A stretch of DNA of 64,000 nt from Pholidichthys leucotaenia. Its lineage: Eukaryota. Positions 50,504 through 64,000 of this stretch are shown here, piece by piece. The notes below the pieces were generated by a model. It did no database searches. It had not been told where the DNA came from and saw only the letters and a program-made list of their open reading frames with translations. The stretch is taken from contig CM035843.1 of assembly GCA_020510985.1 (NCBI GenBank), positions 157,315,922-157,379,921 on the forward strand, given 5' to 3'. Position 1 is the stretch's first letter. Each line of letters opens with the position of its first letter. The translations under genes were made by a program, and so were the position numbers.

Positions 50504-52084
50504 TCAGCGCGCACTGGGACTTGGTGGTAACCGCGGACCAGGTCTATTTTGGGAAAAAATGCGCTCTCCGGCGAGGTGAACGGAAAAATCCTGTATGTGG
50601 GGAATTGGGTAGTGGTCGTGCGCTGTGGCGTTGTTCAACCTGTGGAAATCCCTGCACGGTTGCCACGATCCCTCAGCCTTAGGGACCATGTCTAGCGGGG
50701 AAGCCCATGGGCTGTTCGAGCGCCTGATGATGCCCAACCTTTCCAGGTTGGCGAACTCCTCGCGCGCTATGGCCAGTTTAGCTGCGTCCAGGCGCCGAGG
50801 TCTTGCAAAAACGGGCGGCCCGGTGGTGGTGATAAAGTGCTCCACCCCGTGTTTAACGATGCCCGCGGAAAACATCGGGACCGTGAGTGCTGGGAACTGA
50901 GTGAGCAGTGTGTGGAACTTACCGCCTGTAGCTGTGACGTTGGCTTGTGCTGTTGGTTGGGTCACTCGAGCTATACAGGGGAGAGAGTCAAAGGACAGTG
51001 CATTAACCAAACGCCTGTTAGCAACATCAACCAGTAAACCATGTGCACACAGAAAATCAGCCCCCAGTATGTGGTAATTCAGTGCTGCTACGACAAAAGT
51101 CCACTCATATGTACGGCCGTGTAGAGATAAGAGCAGAGTCCTCTCACTGGGGCCGCTAGATCCTGCCAGCTGGTCAGCGTAGGTCGGCCAGATGAAGCTC
51201 TTCTGGGCTCTGGTGTCCACGAGGAAACGCCTCTCAGAGCGTGCATCCGTTAAGCAGAGCAGCTTGTTCTCTTCACCGAGGGTCACAGCTGCTACCGACC
51301 CCCGGCCTTGGCGTTTTCCCGAGCGTTTGAATTGGCACGGTGGCGCACATCTGCATGCCTTCTCTCCGAAGCGGCGGTGGTAGAAACAGAGCGTGTCTCT
51401 CTGACGCTCCTTGGCCCCCGCTGCCGCTACCGTCGGTGGCTCCTCGCCTCCTCTGGTCGTCTCGCTGGGCTCTGCCGCTGCTGCGTTGACTGTGATCGCC
51501 CTGGTGGTGATGATGATCCGGTCTGCCTCCTGGGCTAGCGCACGGTAGTCGCGCGTGGCCAGCCACGGCGAATTGGCCAGAACCGCTCTCGCCACTGTTG
51601 GAAGGTTCCAGAGGAAGAGGTGGGCAAACAGAAAGTGCGCGTCGTCCGTGCCCATCAACGCCAGCATCTTCTTCATCAGGTCTATGGCTGAACCATCTCC
51701 TAACTCGGTCCGCGTCAGGAGCCTCTCTGCTCTCTCACATTCCGAGAGTGTGTAGCGCTGGATAAGTGCAGCCTTGAGTGCTTCATATTTGCTGCTGGCT
51801 GGTGGCTGATTGAGCAGGCTCACTACCTGCTGAGCTGTGCGGGCGTCGAGCGCTGCGACCACATGATAGAATCTGGTATCATCTACCATTACTCCCTGGA
51901 GGGTGAACTGGGCCTCGGTGAGGTGGAACCAAGAGCGTGGGTTGTGCTGCCAGAAATCCGGTAGCTTGACTGAAACCGCACACGCATGGCTGGGGGTTCC
52001 AGTCCTGGCTGTCTGTGGGATGGCTGCCGCCCCGCTGTAGCTTCCTGACCGGGCCGGCTCCAGGGATCTTGCCTCGTGTTCCAT
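50504..52084 (-). CDS. Gypsy copy B gag-protease-RT N-terminal ORF (526 aa)
   Basis: A gag-like region; a protease-like segment around [13 protein letters not shown]; RT motifs [27 protein letters not shown] and YPIPHIQDF. Confidence 0.75.
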   Translation of the reverse strand: MEHEARSLEPARSGSYSGAAAIPQTARTGTPSHACAVSVKLPDFWQHNPRSWFHLTEAQFTLQGVMVDDTRFYHVVAALDARTAQQVVSLLNQPPASSKYEALKAALIQRYTLSECERAERLLTRTELGDGSAIDLMKKMLALMGTDDAHFLFAHLFLWNLPTVARAVLANSPWLATRDYRALAQEADRIIITTRAITVNAAAAEPSETTRGGEEPPTVAAAGAKERQRDTLCFYHRRFGEKACRCAPPCQFKRSGKRQGRGSVAAVTLGEENKLLCLTDARSERRFLVDTRAQKSFIWPTYADQLAGSSGPSERTLLLSLHGRTYEWTFVVAALNYHILGADFLCAHGLLVDVANRRLVNALSFDSLPCIARVTQPTAQANVTATGGKFHTLLTQFPALTVPMFSAGIVKHGVEHFITTTGPPVFARPRRLDAAKLAIAREEFANLERLGIIRRSNSPWASPLDMVPKAEGSWQPCRDFHRLNNATAHDHYPIPHIQDFSVHLAGERIFSQNRPGPRLPPSPSAR

Positions 52085-52959
52085 AATACGTCTTGGGTCA
52101 CCAGTGTGGAGTGTGTGAAATCAGAGGCGGAATCATTTCAGACGATTTATTACACACTCACATCTTTCAAGCACAGAACAGACTGGATTCTCAAGAAGAA
52201 ACTCCTCTCTTAAGTTTCATGGCATTTACATCACACACAACATGATATTTGCATCACACTGCATCCAACCCCCTCATCCTTGACTCCTTCCTGCTATCTC
52301 ACCAGGAATCCCCTGCTCTTTGTTCTCCCAAGCTTATCCACTGTCTCCTGTCTGAGATGCTAGACAATCTGGCTCTCCCAAGGTGCTATACATTGCTACA
52401 ACAGCACCTTTATTTAACCACCTATAGACTCCAGCTGACGGAGATATGTTTTGTTTGCATATTTCTTCATCAGGAGATGCCAGCAATATATCATAAAGGA
52501 ATAAAATGCACAAGATTTGGGGACATTGCCTGAGGAAAAAAATTGTAGGACTCACAGTAATCCTGTGGCAGTCTGATGAATGCGTACTTTTTGTTCTCAG
52601 ATTTGATTGCAAACCAGAACTAATGATCTTGGTGTACTGGTATGCTAAAAATGCATTGCTAATGACTACCACTGTGAAAAAATTGCAATTGGGGTTCTAG
52701 TTCATTCAACAATGTGTGTGAATCTGGTACACAATGAACACAAAGAATTATAGCTTTGTTAATTCCAGCAGGTCCTGCATCATCAGGATGTTTCCCACAG
52801 GAATGGGGAGGCTGAGCATGACACGCTGACATCTGTTGCTTTTAGCTCTTTTATGACCTGTTTAACACCTTTTTGAACTTCTAGACAGAGAGGATATTGT
52901 CTTTTATATGGTCTATAGTGTGACTTTGATGTTACAGTGACATACTTTGCCTCCTTTAA

Positions 52960-55860
<2,901 letters not shown>

Positions 55861-56574
55861 AGAATAATGGGGGGCCCCAGCCCCCAGTGGGTCAGCAATC
55901 ACATAAATAGGTGCAGGTTTTTCTTTTAAAGTTTTTATTTTCCTTCCATACCTAGATTCCCAATCTTCAGACACAGTACACCAATTTATTAATATCTTGA
56001 AATTTAGTACAATGTCAAACAAAATTTACAAGTGATCCAGACCAGCTAAGAGTTTTGTGTAAAAAGTTTGCTGTTATTCTATGCTTAGTTTTCACTAAAT
56101 AGCTACATTTTATTTGTCTGAATCAAGTCCAAGAGTTTAATCCATATAAACTAATAATTACTTGACTAAGATTTCATACTTTGATTCAGGTTATAATTAA
56201 AAATAATTAAGGACGATTAAAACATTATCATTTCATCTACGTCCAAATCATATCAGATGCAAAAAGATTCTAAACGTTGTTTTCCCGGTAACATGTAAGA
56301 GCACACTGCTCCATTATTCTGTAGGACAGTGTCATGAACTGGGTTTAGACCTTTTCCAAACCCAGCTTCGTGGCATTGTGGCTGCATTTCTCTTGTCATG
56401 TTTTTGGTGCCTGTTGTCTGCCAGTTAATGTTTTGGTCTCTCCTCACTCATTTTGTGGCAGGCAGCTGTCAGGGAGCTTTCCGGGGTTTGTCCTGCCCCC
56501 TGTCAGCTGACAGCCACGCCTCCCTCTCCTGTCAGTACTTGACAGCTGAATGCCATTATTGTCTGTCTACTACT

Positions 56575-56649
56575 CAGCTCACTCTCACACACACACTCTC
56601 ACACATACACGTATGCACACACTCACTGACACCTGTGCTCAATCAGTCC

Positions 56650-56710
<61 letters not shown>
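56575..56710. repeat. (CA)n/(CACT)-rich microsatellite block
   Basis: A long acacacac run at 56646..56708, preceded by imperfect cacacacactctcacaca. Confidence 0.9.
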
Positions 56711-58845
56711 GTGCTCACTTGGCTCGTTATGTTGTCATTATTTAAGCTCTGTCTGTTCACCTGTATCTCACCAGTTCATTGGATTGTCACCCCTACTCCA
56801 GAGCAGACCGCTCTGTCAAGATTCTGTAAGTACTGTTTCCCCACCATTCCGCAGTCACGTCTGGGAATGCCTTGGGTTTATCTCTATTATCCCCCTGCTC
56901 CTCAATCATGTCTGAGGGCGCCTTGGGTCTCATTCTCATACTCTCCTATGAACCGTAGAGTGTTTATAAAGTGTTCAAAAAGCCCATTAGGTGGCATCAC
57001 TGTAATGTTTTAAAAAAATACAACCTATTGAGTTTTGAGAGCTTCATTGACCTCTGTCTTCTGAAATTAACGTTCAAATGTTTCCATAAATCAGCACCCG
57101 AGCCACTTGCTGGTTTCGTCCAAAGACAGGACAGCAGCAGAGCCACCAGGAGTTCTGTTAACAATAACTGTAAAATATTCCACCGCAGAACCACATTTGG
57201 ACAAACAGCTTTCTCTATAAAGGGCAGTCACATCTGGAACACAATGCCAAATGAAATTAAAATAATAACGGACTTTAAAACATTCACTAAAAATGTTAAA
57301 AACTGGCTGAAAAATAAACAAGAATGTACTCATGTATGAATTATTTGTCTGCAAAGTGAGAGTGAATGAAGGGAAGGAATAAATGTGTTTGTTTATAGTG
57401 AGTGACGGAGGGAGGAAGGCCTGAAATAGGCAAATGTGAGTTATGTTATATGTGTTAAATGTGAGTCAGGCTGTTATATTTGTGTATTTATAATTATGTT
57501 AAATGTGAGTCAGGCTGTTATATTTGTGTATTTATAATATTTATAATATTTATAATTGTGTATTTATAATTTTTCTGCATTGATGTATGTGGTTATTGTG
57601 TATATTTTTTATCTTGATTCTTTTTTCTAAAGCCCATCCAGGGACAAGAGTTGCAAATTAGCTAATAGCTATACACTCTATGTGCAACACATCAGATTGA
57701 TTGTCTTTGATTAATTGTCTATGTTTATTGCACTGTCCCTGTCAAATAAACTAATCTACTACTACTACTACTATGTGTGCTCTTTGTTCTACCTGCTCAG
57801 TTCACTTGTTGAAGCTTCTGTTATGACTTTTTTGCTCAATAAATACGTGCAACACTATCCTGCATTTGGGTTTTTGTCTTTCCTGCCCAAGATGGGCAGG
57901 AATTCATGACAAGACAGTGCAATGACAAATGTCTTGTCCAACATGACTATAATGTTTGGATGATCGCTAATTGATCAACTCACATAGGGTCAGATGGATA
58001 TCATTCTGATTTTTATTGCTTTGACATGAAGTGTGCACTTTGCTTCTGGGTTATGGTGCAGAGTTAGGAAAAAGGAATAATGGGAGAAGTAGCCTTTATT
58101 TCCATACTATACTGTAAAATTTAGCTAGAGTAATTTTTATTGCTTTTTACACACTCATTCTAAACCCAAATTGTTAAAATGTGTCATAATGCTCTGCAAA
58201 GTGGGAGAGTTTCTGCACAGCGCAACATGGGCATGTACAGTTTTGAAAGCAGATCACGGTGCCCATCTGAAATCCAATTTTAGGTGTATTTTATGCCATA
58301 GTTGTTTAAAATAATGCCATTCCAAAACAGTACAAATGGTTTTTGCAACATTGCATTACATTCAAGCTTACGCCGTGTCTTCATTTCGGTCATTGCAGAA
58401 GAAAACCCTGCTGCCATAACTAATCTGACTTTTTTTTTTTTCTCATACAGGAGAACTCCAGTTTCACTGGAGCAAGTAATATAACTTCCCCGTTATATTA
58501 CTTGCTCTTTAATTTTGCATCTGATCAGATATTAAATTATACCCAAATCTCAGACTTTCCATTCAGCAGATGAACAAGAATATCACTCACGTGATTCTGG
58601 GCCTGATGGTTGAAAATGAAGATCCTCCTGTGTTGCCATCTGGAATTTTTCGATGTGGAAAAGTGCCAAAACCCAGAATATTTGTCCAGCAAATATTCGG
58701 TTGTCACCAGATGAGATTTTGATGTGTTGATCACCTGGGCTGTGGTCCAACCCAAGATGTCTACTCTTCGGGGCGTGCTGATTTCTTCAGCTGCGCGTGA
58801 TGGCGGGTTGTGTCGAGAATCTGCGGCTTCCCATGAGGAATTCAA

Positions 58846-59370
58846 GGATAATTACCTCCGCCAAGGAGGTTATGTTTTCATCAGCGTTGGTTTGTCTGTC
58901 TGTCTGTCTGTTTGTTTGTTAGCAAGATAACTCAAAAAGTTATGGACGGATATTCATGAAATTTTCAGAGATTGTCAGAAATGGGGTATCCTACAGATGA
59001 TTAGATTTTGGTGATGATCTGAGAGTGCATGCCTCCACCAAGGGCTTTGTTTGTATTTGTGCAGCAGGATTACACAAAAACTACTGGATGGATTGGGATG
59101 AAATTTTCACCACAGGTGGTTCTTGGGCTAGAGAGGAACCCATTATATTTTGGTGATTGTCTGAGAATGCATACCTCAGCCAAGGCTCTTATCTTCTCAC
59201 AATATGTTAGCAACAATACTCCAAAACTGATGGACAGACTTTGATGCAATTTTCACCACAAGTGGCTATAGGCCTACACACAAACCCATTACATTTTGGA
59301 GGTAATCCATGAGAAACGGAAGGAGCCTTGGCGGAGGTATGTGCTCTATGAGTGCTTTTCTAGTTAAAAA
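58846..59370 (+). repeat. Rep-Z: unclassified ~500-bp interspersed element with internal ~130-bp subrepeats and the terminal signature ACCTCCGCCAAGG and CCTTGGCGGAGGT..CTAGTTAAA
   Basis: An inverted partial copy sits at the window end, 63895..64000. Pieces occur inside each tandem-array unit (2350..2560, 3560..3780) and at 57690..57770. Confidence 0.5.
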
Positions 59371-60149
59371 TCTGATCCGATAGCAAAATTAACAGATCTT
59401 TGGACTTTAGATAAAAGAACTTCTGGTGTGGGATTGTTCAATAAAAATATTATAAAAATAAAGTCAAGATTAAAGCTTACATTAAATTAAAACGGTGGCT
59501 TTACAGAAAGTTTAACAGGGAAAAGTTATAAGAATAAATGTCTTCTTCTTCTTCGTCGATCGCTAGATGATCACACCAGCTGCCCTGACGAATGCTGCCG
59601 TCCTGCGGAGGTCCCCGAGGTCCCCGTGCAGCTTTTGGTTCAACGATGTGGGGTCAGGGAATAAATGTCTAGGATTGGAGTTTTTAACTCCTAATTAGAA
59701 TTGAGCTCAAGAAAGAAAGAATGCCTAGGCGTTTAAACAAAAATTAAGATACAAAGAGGTTACAAAAAAAACCCAAAAACAGGATACTTCAGGCTCTGTG
59801 ATCATAGAGAAGAAACACATGGGATAAGTCCCTTTGTTCTCCCGAAAAGTTCTCTGCTGTGTGAATAGCACCTCACAAAAGAAAACTCAGAAATAGCCAG
59901 AAAAGCAAGTTACAGTTAGGCCCAGAAATATTTGGACAGTGACACAATCTTCATGATTTGGGCTCTGCATGCCACCACATTGGATTTGAAATGAAACAAC
60001 TACAACGGAATTGAAGTGCAGACTTTAAGGTTTAATTCAAGGGGTTGAACAAAGATATATGATTAAACATGTAGTAATTGTAACTATTTTTATACAAATG
60101 CTCCTCATTTCAGGGGCTCAAAAGTAATTGGACAAATAAACATAACCCT

Positions 60150-62059
60150 GTGGGTGACCCCCACAGCCTTCGGGACAAGCAGAGTGCTCAGCTGGAACAA
60201 TTAGCAGAACAGTGAGATGTATGGACTGATACCAATATGTAGATGTGCCTTGCAACCTCTTTTGTCCTACAGCTCCAGAGCAGAGAGGAATTCTGGCGCC
60301 AGTAATCCTGCTATTGATATGTGTGACTCTCATGTAAATGTCCCATGTATTCCTGCTGTACTGTGATGCTAATGTGCCATGCATGCATTGTCTAGCTGGG
60401 TATATAAGTCAACCATATCGCTTGCTCTCTCTCTTACTCTCTTTTTGATCACACGCATTGCCTGTTTGCTGATGAGAGACACAGGGCTCGCTTCAGCGCG
60501 CACCCACAGCGCTGGAGTGAGTCTCGTGATGGTGGATGAATAAAACACCCTTTTAAACTTTAGTTCACCGTGTCCTGCCTGCACTTATTCCTTGCCTCCA
60601 CACTTGGGTTCCCTTAGCTCATCCGCCACACTGGTGACCCCGTCCGAAGACAAGAACACGCTGACGACGAACGCAGCTCCTGGCGGTGACTCCTACGACA
60701 AGCGAACGCAGCTGCCTGACACAAATGGACTGCCCTCCCTTCTGCCACATGGGAGACCTCGACGCAGAACCGACACCAGGCGAACTCCCTCGGAGATCAT
60801 CCACGACCGGGAAGGCTGCAGAAAGCGTCATGGTGCGACCCTCGCCTGAGATCGGGACATCCACGCTGGGACCGCCCGAGGGACAAAGAGTCTCTACTCC
60901 CTCTCACCGCTCCTCCGCATCCACACGAGCGCGCACGCACCATGACCCGGCACGAGTGAACGACAGCAACAGCCAAGACAGGGAGGACCATCGGGGGGTT
61001 ACGAGGACAGCGCACCACGCACGGGACAATACCGGCTCCACAGACCGCCTTCGTCCTCCGCCGCTGCACACGCCTGAGAAGCACGGCTGACCGCCATCCT
61101 CGGAACCTTCAGGGCTGCTCACACACCTGAAGCACACACGCAGCCCGCACACAGGATTTTGTATGGGTCTCAGCCACGGCGCACAATGGGAATTCAGCTG
61201 TCAGCTGTCCTCGAGGGCTTTAGGGCTGCGCCCGCACCTAAAGCCAACATGCCAAGTCCCCCACACAGCTCCAGCTTTTGTTTTTTTCTTCATGGCTGCG
61301 ACGCATCCTCGCAGGACTGAAGCCGCGAGAGGAGTCAGAGACTAATGTTTCTTCTCACAGCCGCTGTGGACCTCTGCCACGTTCAACGGGACAGCCCCTC
61401 CACATCGTGGGTCCACATGCAATTTTTGCGCGGCCCGGACAACTTTGCCGTCCCGGGCCGGAACTCGCTACCCCCACCCTCCTCCCTCCCCCTCCTCCGG
61501 CACAGAGCTTTTCCACGCAGCTCGCTTCCAAAGCCGGACGATCGATGCCTCAGCACCCTGCTGAGCCCTCTGGGGGGGCGGGGGTGACTCCCACAGCCTT
61601 CGGGACAAGCAGAGCGCTCAGCTGGAGCAATTAGCAGAACAATGAGATGTATGGACTGATATCAATATGTAGATGTGCCTTGCAACCTCTTTTGTCCTAC
61701 AGCTCCAGAGCAGAGAGGAATTCCGGCGCCAGTAATCCTGCTATTGATATGTGTGACTCTCATGTAAATGTCCCATGCATTCCTGCTGTACTGTGATGCT
61801 GATGTGCCATGCATGCATTGTCTAGCTGGGAATATAAGTCAACCATATCGCTTGCTCTCTCTCTTACTCTCTTTTTGATCACACGCATTGCCTGTTTGCT
61901 GATGAGAGATACAAGGCTCGCTCCAGCGCACACCCACAGCGCTGGAGTGAGTCTCGTGATGGTGGATGAATAAAACACCCTTTTAAACTTTAGTTCACCG
62001 TGTCCTGCTTGCACTTATTCCGTGCCTCCACACTTGGGTTCCCTTAGCTCATCCGCCAC
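60150..62059 (+). mobile_element. Non-autonomous LTR-like element (TRIM/LARD-type: ~480-bp direct LTRs plus a ~950-bp GC-rich core) nested in the 3' region of Tc1 no. 5
   Basis: Direct repeats 60150..60630 and ~61581..62059. A putative PBS cTGGTGACCCCGTCC lies directly after the 5' repeat, and a G-rich tract tgggggggcggggg lies before the 3' repeat. The hexamer AACCCT flanks both sides, at 60144..60149 and 62060..62065. Confidence 0.65.
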
Positions 62060-62082
62060 AACCCTAAGTAAAGTGTTACTTT

Positions 62083-63093
62083 TCAATATTTTGTTGAGGA
62101 TCCTTTGCAGGCAATGACTTCCTGAAGTCTGGAACCCATGGACATCACCAAACACTGGGTTTCCTCCTTTGTGGTGCTTTGCCAGGCCTTTACTGCAGCT
62201 GTCTTCAGTTGTTGCTTGTTTGTGGGTCTTTCTGCCTTAAGTTTTGTCTTGAGCAAGTGAAATGCATGCTCGATTGGGTTGAGATCTGGTGATTGACTCA
62301 GCCATTGCAGAATATTCCACTTCTTTGCTTTAAAAATTCCTGGGTTGCTTTTGCAGTATGGATCATTGTCCATCTGTACTGTGAAGCGCCGTCCAACCAA
62401 CTTTGCTGCATTTGGCTGAATCTGAGCAGAAAGTATATCCCTATACACTTCAGAATTCATCCGGCTGCTTCTGTCTTTTGTCACATCATCAATAAACACA
62501 AATGACCCAGTGCCATTGGAAGCCATGCATGCCCATGCCATCACACTGCCTCCACCATGTTTTACAGATGATGTGGTGTGCTTTGGATCATGAGCAGTTC
62601 CAATTCTTCTCCAAACTTTCTTCTTCCCATCATTCTGGTACAAGTTGATCTTAGTCTCATCTGTCCAAAGAATGCTGTTCCAGAACTGGGCTGGCTTCTT
62701 CAGGTGTTTTTTCACAAAGTCAATTCTGGCCTTTCTATTTTTGAGGCTGATTAATGGTTTGCACCTTGTGGTGAATCCTTTGTATTTACTCTCATGAAGT
62801 CTTCTCTTTATGGTAGACTTAGATACTGATACACCTACTTCCTGGAGAGTGTTCTTCACTTGAGTGGATGTTGTGAAGAGATTTCTGCGATCATCCACCA
62901 CTGTTGTCTTCCGTGGACGTCCAGGCCTTTTTGAGTTCCCAAGCTCACCAGTGCACTCTTTTTTTCTCAGAATGTACCAAACTGTTGATTTGGCCACTCC
63001 TAACATTTCTGCTATCTCTCTGATGGATTTCTTCTTTTTTTTCAGCCTCAGGATGGTCTGTTTCACCTCCATTGAGAGCTCCTTTGACCGCAT
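62083..63093 (-). CDS. Tc1 transposase, complete 336-aa ORF with no internal stop or frameshift
   Basis: MRSKELSMEVKQ and GVAKSTVWYILRK form the HTH region. Motifs WTDETKINLY, VQMDNDPYC and [15 protein letters not shown] follow (DDE-like spacing), and the ORF ends with a stop after KGSSTKY. Confidence 0.8.
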   Translation of the reverse strand: MRSKELSMEVKQTILRLKKKKKSIREIAEMLGVAKSTVWYILRKKECTGELGNSKRPGRPRKTTVVDDRRNLFTTSTQVKNTLQEVGVSVSKSTIKRRLHESKYKGFTTRCKPLISLKNRKARIDFVKKHLKKPAQFWNSILWTDETKINLYQNDGKKKVWRRIGTAHDPKHTTSSVKHGGGSVMAWACMASNGTGSFVFIDDVTKDRSSRMNSEVYRDILSAQIQPNAAKLVGRRFTVQMDNDPYCKSNPGIFKAKKWNILQWLSQSPDLNPIEHAFHLLKTKLKAERPTNKQQLKTAAVKAWQSTTKEETQCLVMSMGSRLQEVIACKGSSTKY

Positions 63094-64000
63094 GTTGTGT
63101 GTTCACAGCAACAGCTTCCAAATGCAAACGCCACACCTGGAATCAACTCCAGACCTTTTAACTGCTTAACTGATGACAGGTTAATGAGGGAAGAGCCCAT
63201 GCGCCCTTGTTATTTATTTATTTTTTTTTTGCAGCCTTCTGAGTCAATTGTCCAGTTACCTTTGGTCCCTTGAAAAAGAGGCGGCTACATATTAAAGAGC
63301 TGTGATTCCTAAACCCTTGCTCCAATTTGGATGTGAATACTCTCAAATTACAGCTGAGAGTCTGCACTTTAAGCCCATATTGATTATATAATTATATCCT
63401 GAATAGGTTTTCGTAAACAGCTAAATAACAAAACTTGTGTCACTGTCCAAATATTTCTGGGCCTAACTGTACCTGAGAAAGCAGAAAAAGATTCAAAACA
63501 CCTGGACATCAAACTGTAAAATATACATAAAATTAAATGGGTCACCTGAAGAAGCCAAGGTCATTAACATCCGAAATATTATGGAATTGGACAAATATCA
63601 ATGAATATTATGTACTGGAGTCGACAGCAACAAGAGACAATTGTAGGACACTGAAGGATTATACTCATCTGCAACAGGACATTTAACAACATGAAACAAA
63701 AAGATCAACAAACAGGAACATCAGGAATGGAAAGGTTTTGAATATACGGATCACAACCCAAAGGACGTAGAATATAACATAGACCATGACAATAATTTAT
63801 TTAGCTCCATCAATAATGACTGTAGTTACTATACAGATGAACAGTTTAACACTAGGGTCACATCTGATTTCAATATTTCTATGATCCACTTCAACAGCAG
63901 AAGTCTCTATGCCAACTTTAACTAGAAGAGCACTCATAGAGCGCATACCTCCGCCAAGGCTCCTTCCGTTTCTCATGGATTACCTCCAAAATGTAATGGG

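Larger units (their letters stand above)
45860..52108 (-). mobile_element. Ty3/Gypsy-like LTR retrotransposon, copy B: gag-protease-RT-RNase H-integrase, 3'-truncated in the integrase core, with a nested L2 LINE
   Basis: See the CDS entries below. A putative PBS TGGTGACCCAAGACG lies immediately upstream of the gag ATG at 52084 on the - strand, preceded by ccacaC. Integrase homology ends near 45860. Confidence 0.85.
59911..63471 (-). mobile_element. Tc1-family DNA transposon no. 5 (third subfamily) with intact TIRs and an intact transposase ORF, expanded to 3.56 kb by a nested LTR-like insertion
   Basis: TIR tacagttaggcccagaaatatttggacagtgacacaa at 59911, inverted at 63435..63471 (ttgtgtcactgtccaaatatttctgggcctaactgta). 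The transposase CDS is at 62083..63093(-). Confidence 0.85.

Noticed and set aside
56398-56915. ORFs with long HTHTHT or THTHTH runs
   Set aside because: They are translation of the (CA)n microsatellite.

Overview
This window reads as vertebrate, most likely teleost-fish, nuclear DNA. It is a dense nest of transposable elements and tandem repeats. I found no prokaryotic features: no operons, CRISPR arrays, rRNA or genuine tRNA genes. Element family, subfamily and lineage names below are from memory of conserved motifs only, since no database could be searched. The interspersed repeats are: five Tc1-family DNA transposons of three subfamilies, one carrying an intact 336-aa transposase ORF; several CR1/L2-clade LINE fragments; two diverged copies of a Ty3/Gypsy-like LTR retrotransposon (one with a nested L2 LINE, one with a nested SINE); a separate gag-protease fragment; four tRNA-derived SINE copies; two MITEs and a hAT-like element with a BED-finger remnant; two LTR-flanked non-autonomous insertions; a THAP-domain remnant; a CACTA/EnSpm-like (Tnp2, DUF4218) transposase pseudogene; microsatellites; and a 2.3-kb tandem array built from TE fragments. 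The CACTA-like transposase gene appears spliced, with three paralogous mini-exons upstream of a large exon, and is disrupted by a Tc1 insertion. A low-copy ~1-3 kb repeat (Rep-XY) occurs twice, and each copy has been invaded by different elements. There is one plausible host protein-coding gene, at 44.3-45.8 kb on the + strand: four exons, a CCAAT/CRE promoter, a beta-barrel-like N-terminus and a coiled coil. The 6-kb Gypsy/L2 nest lies immediately downstream of its last identified exon.
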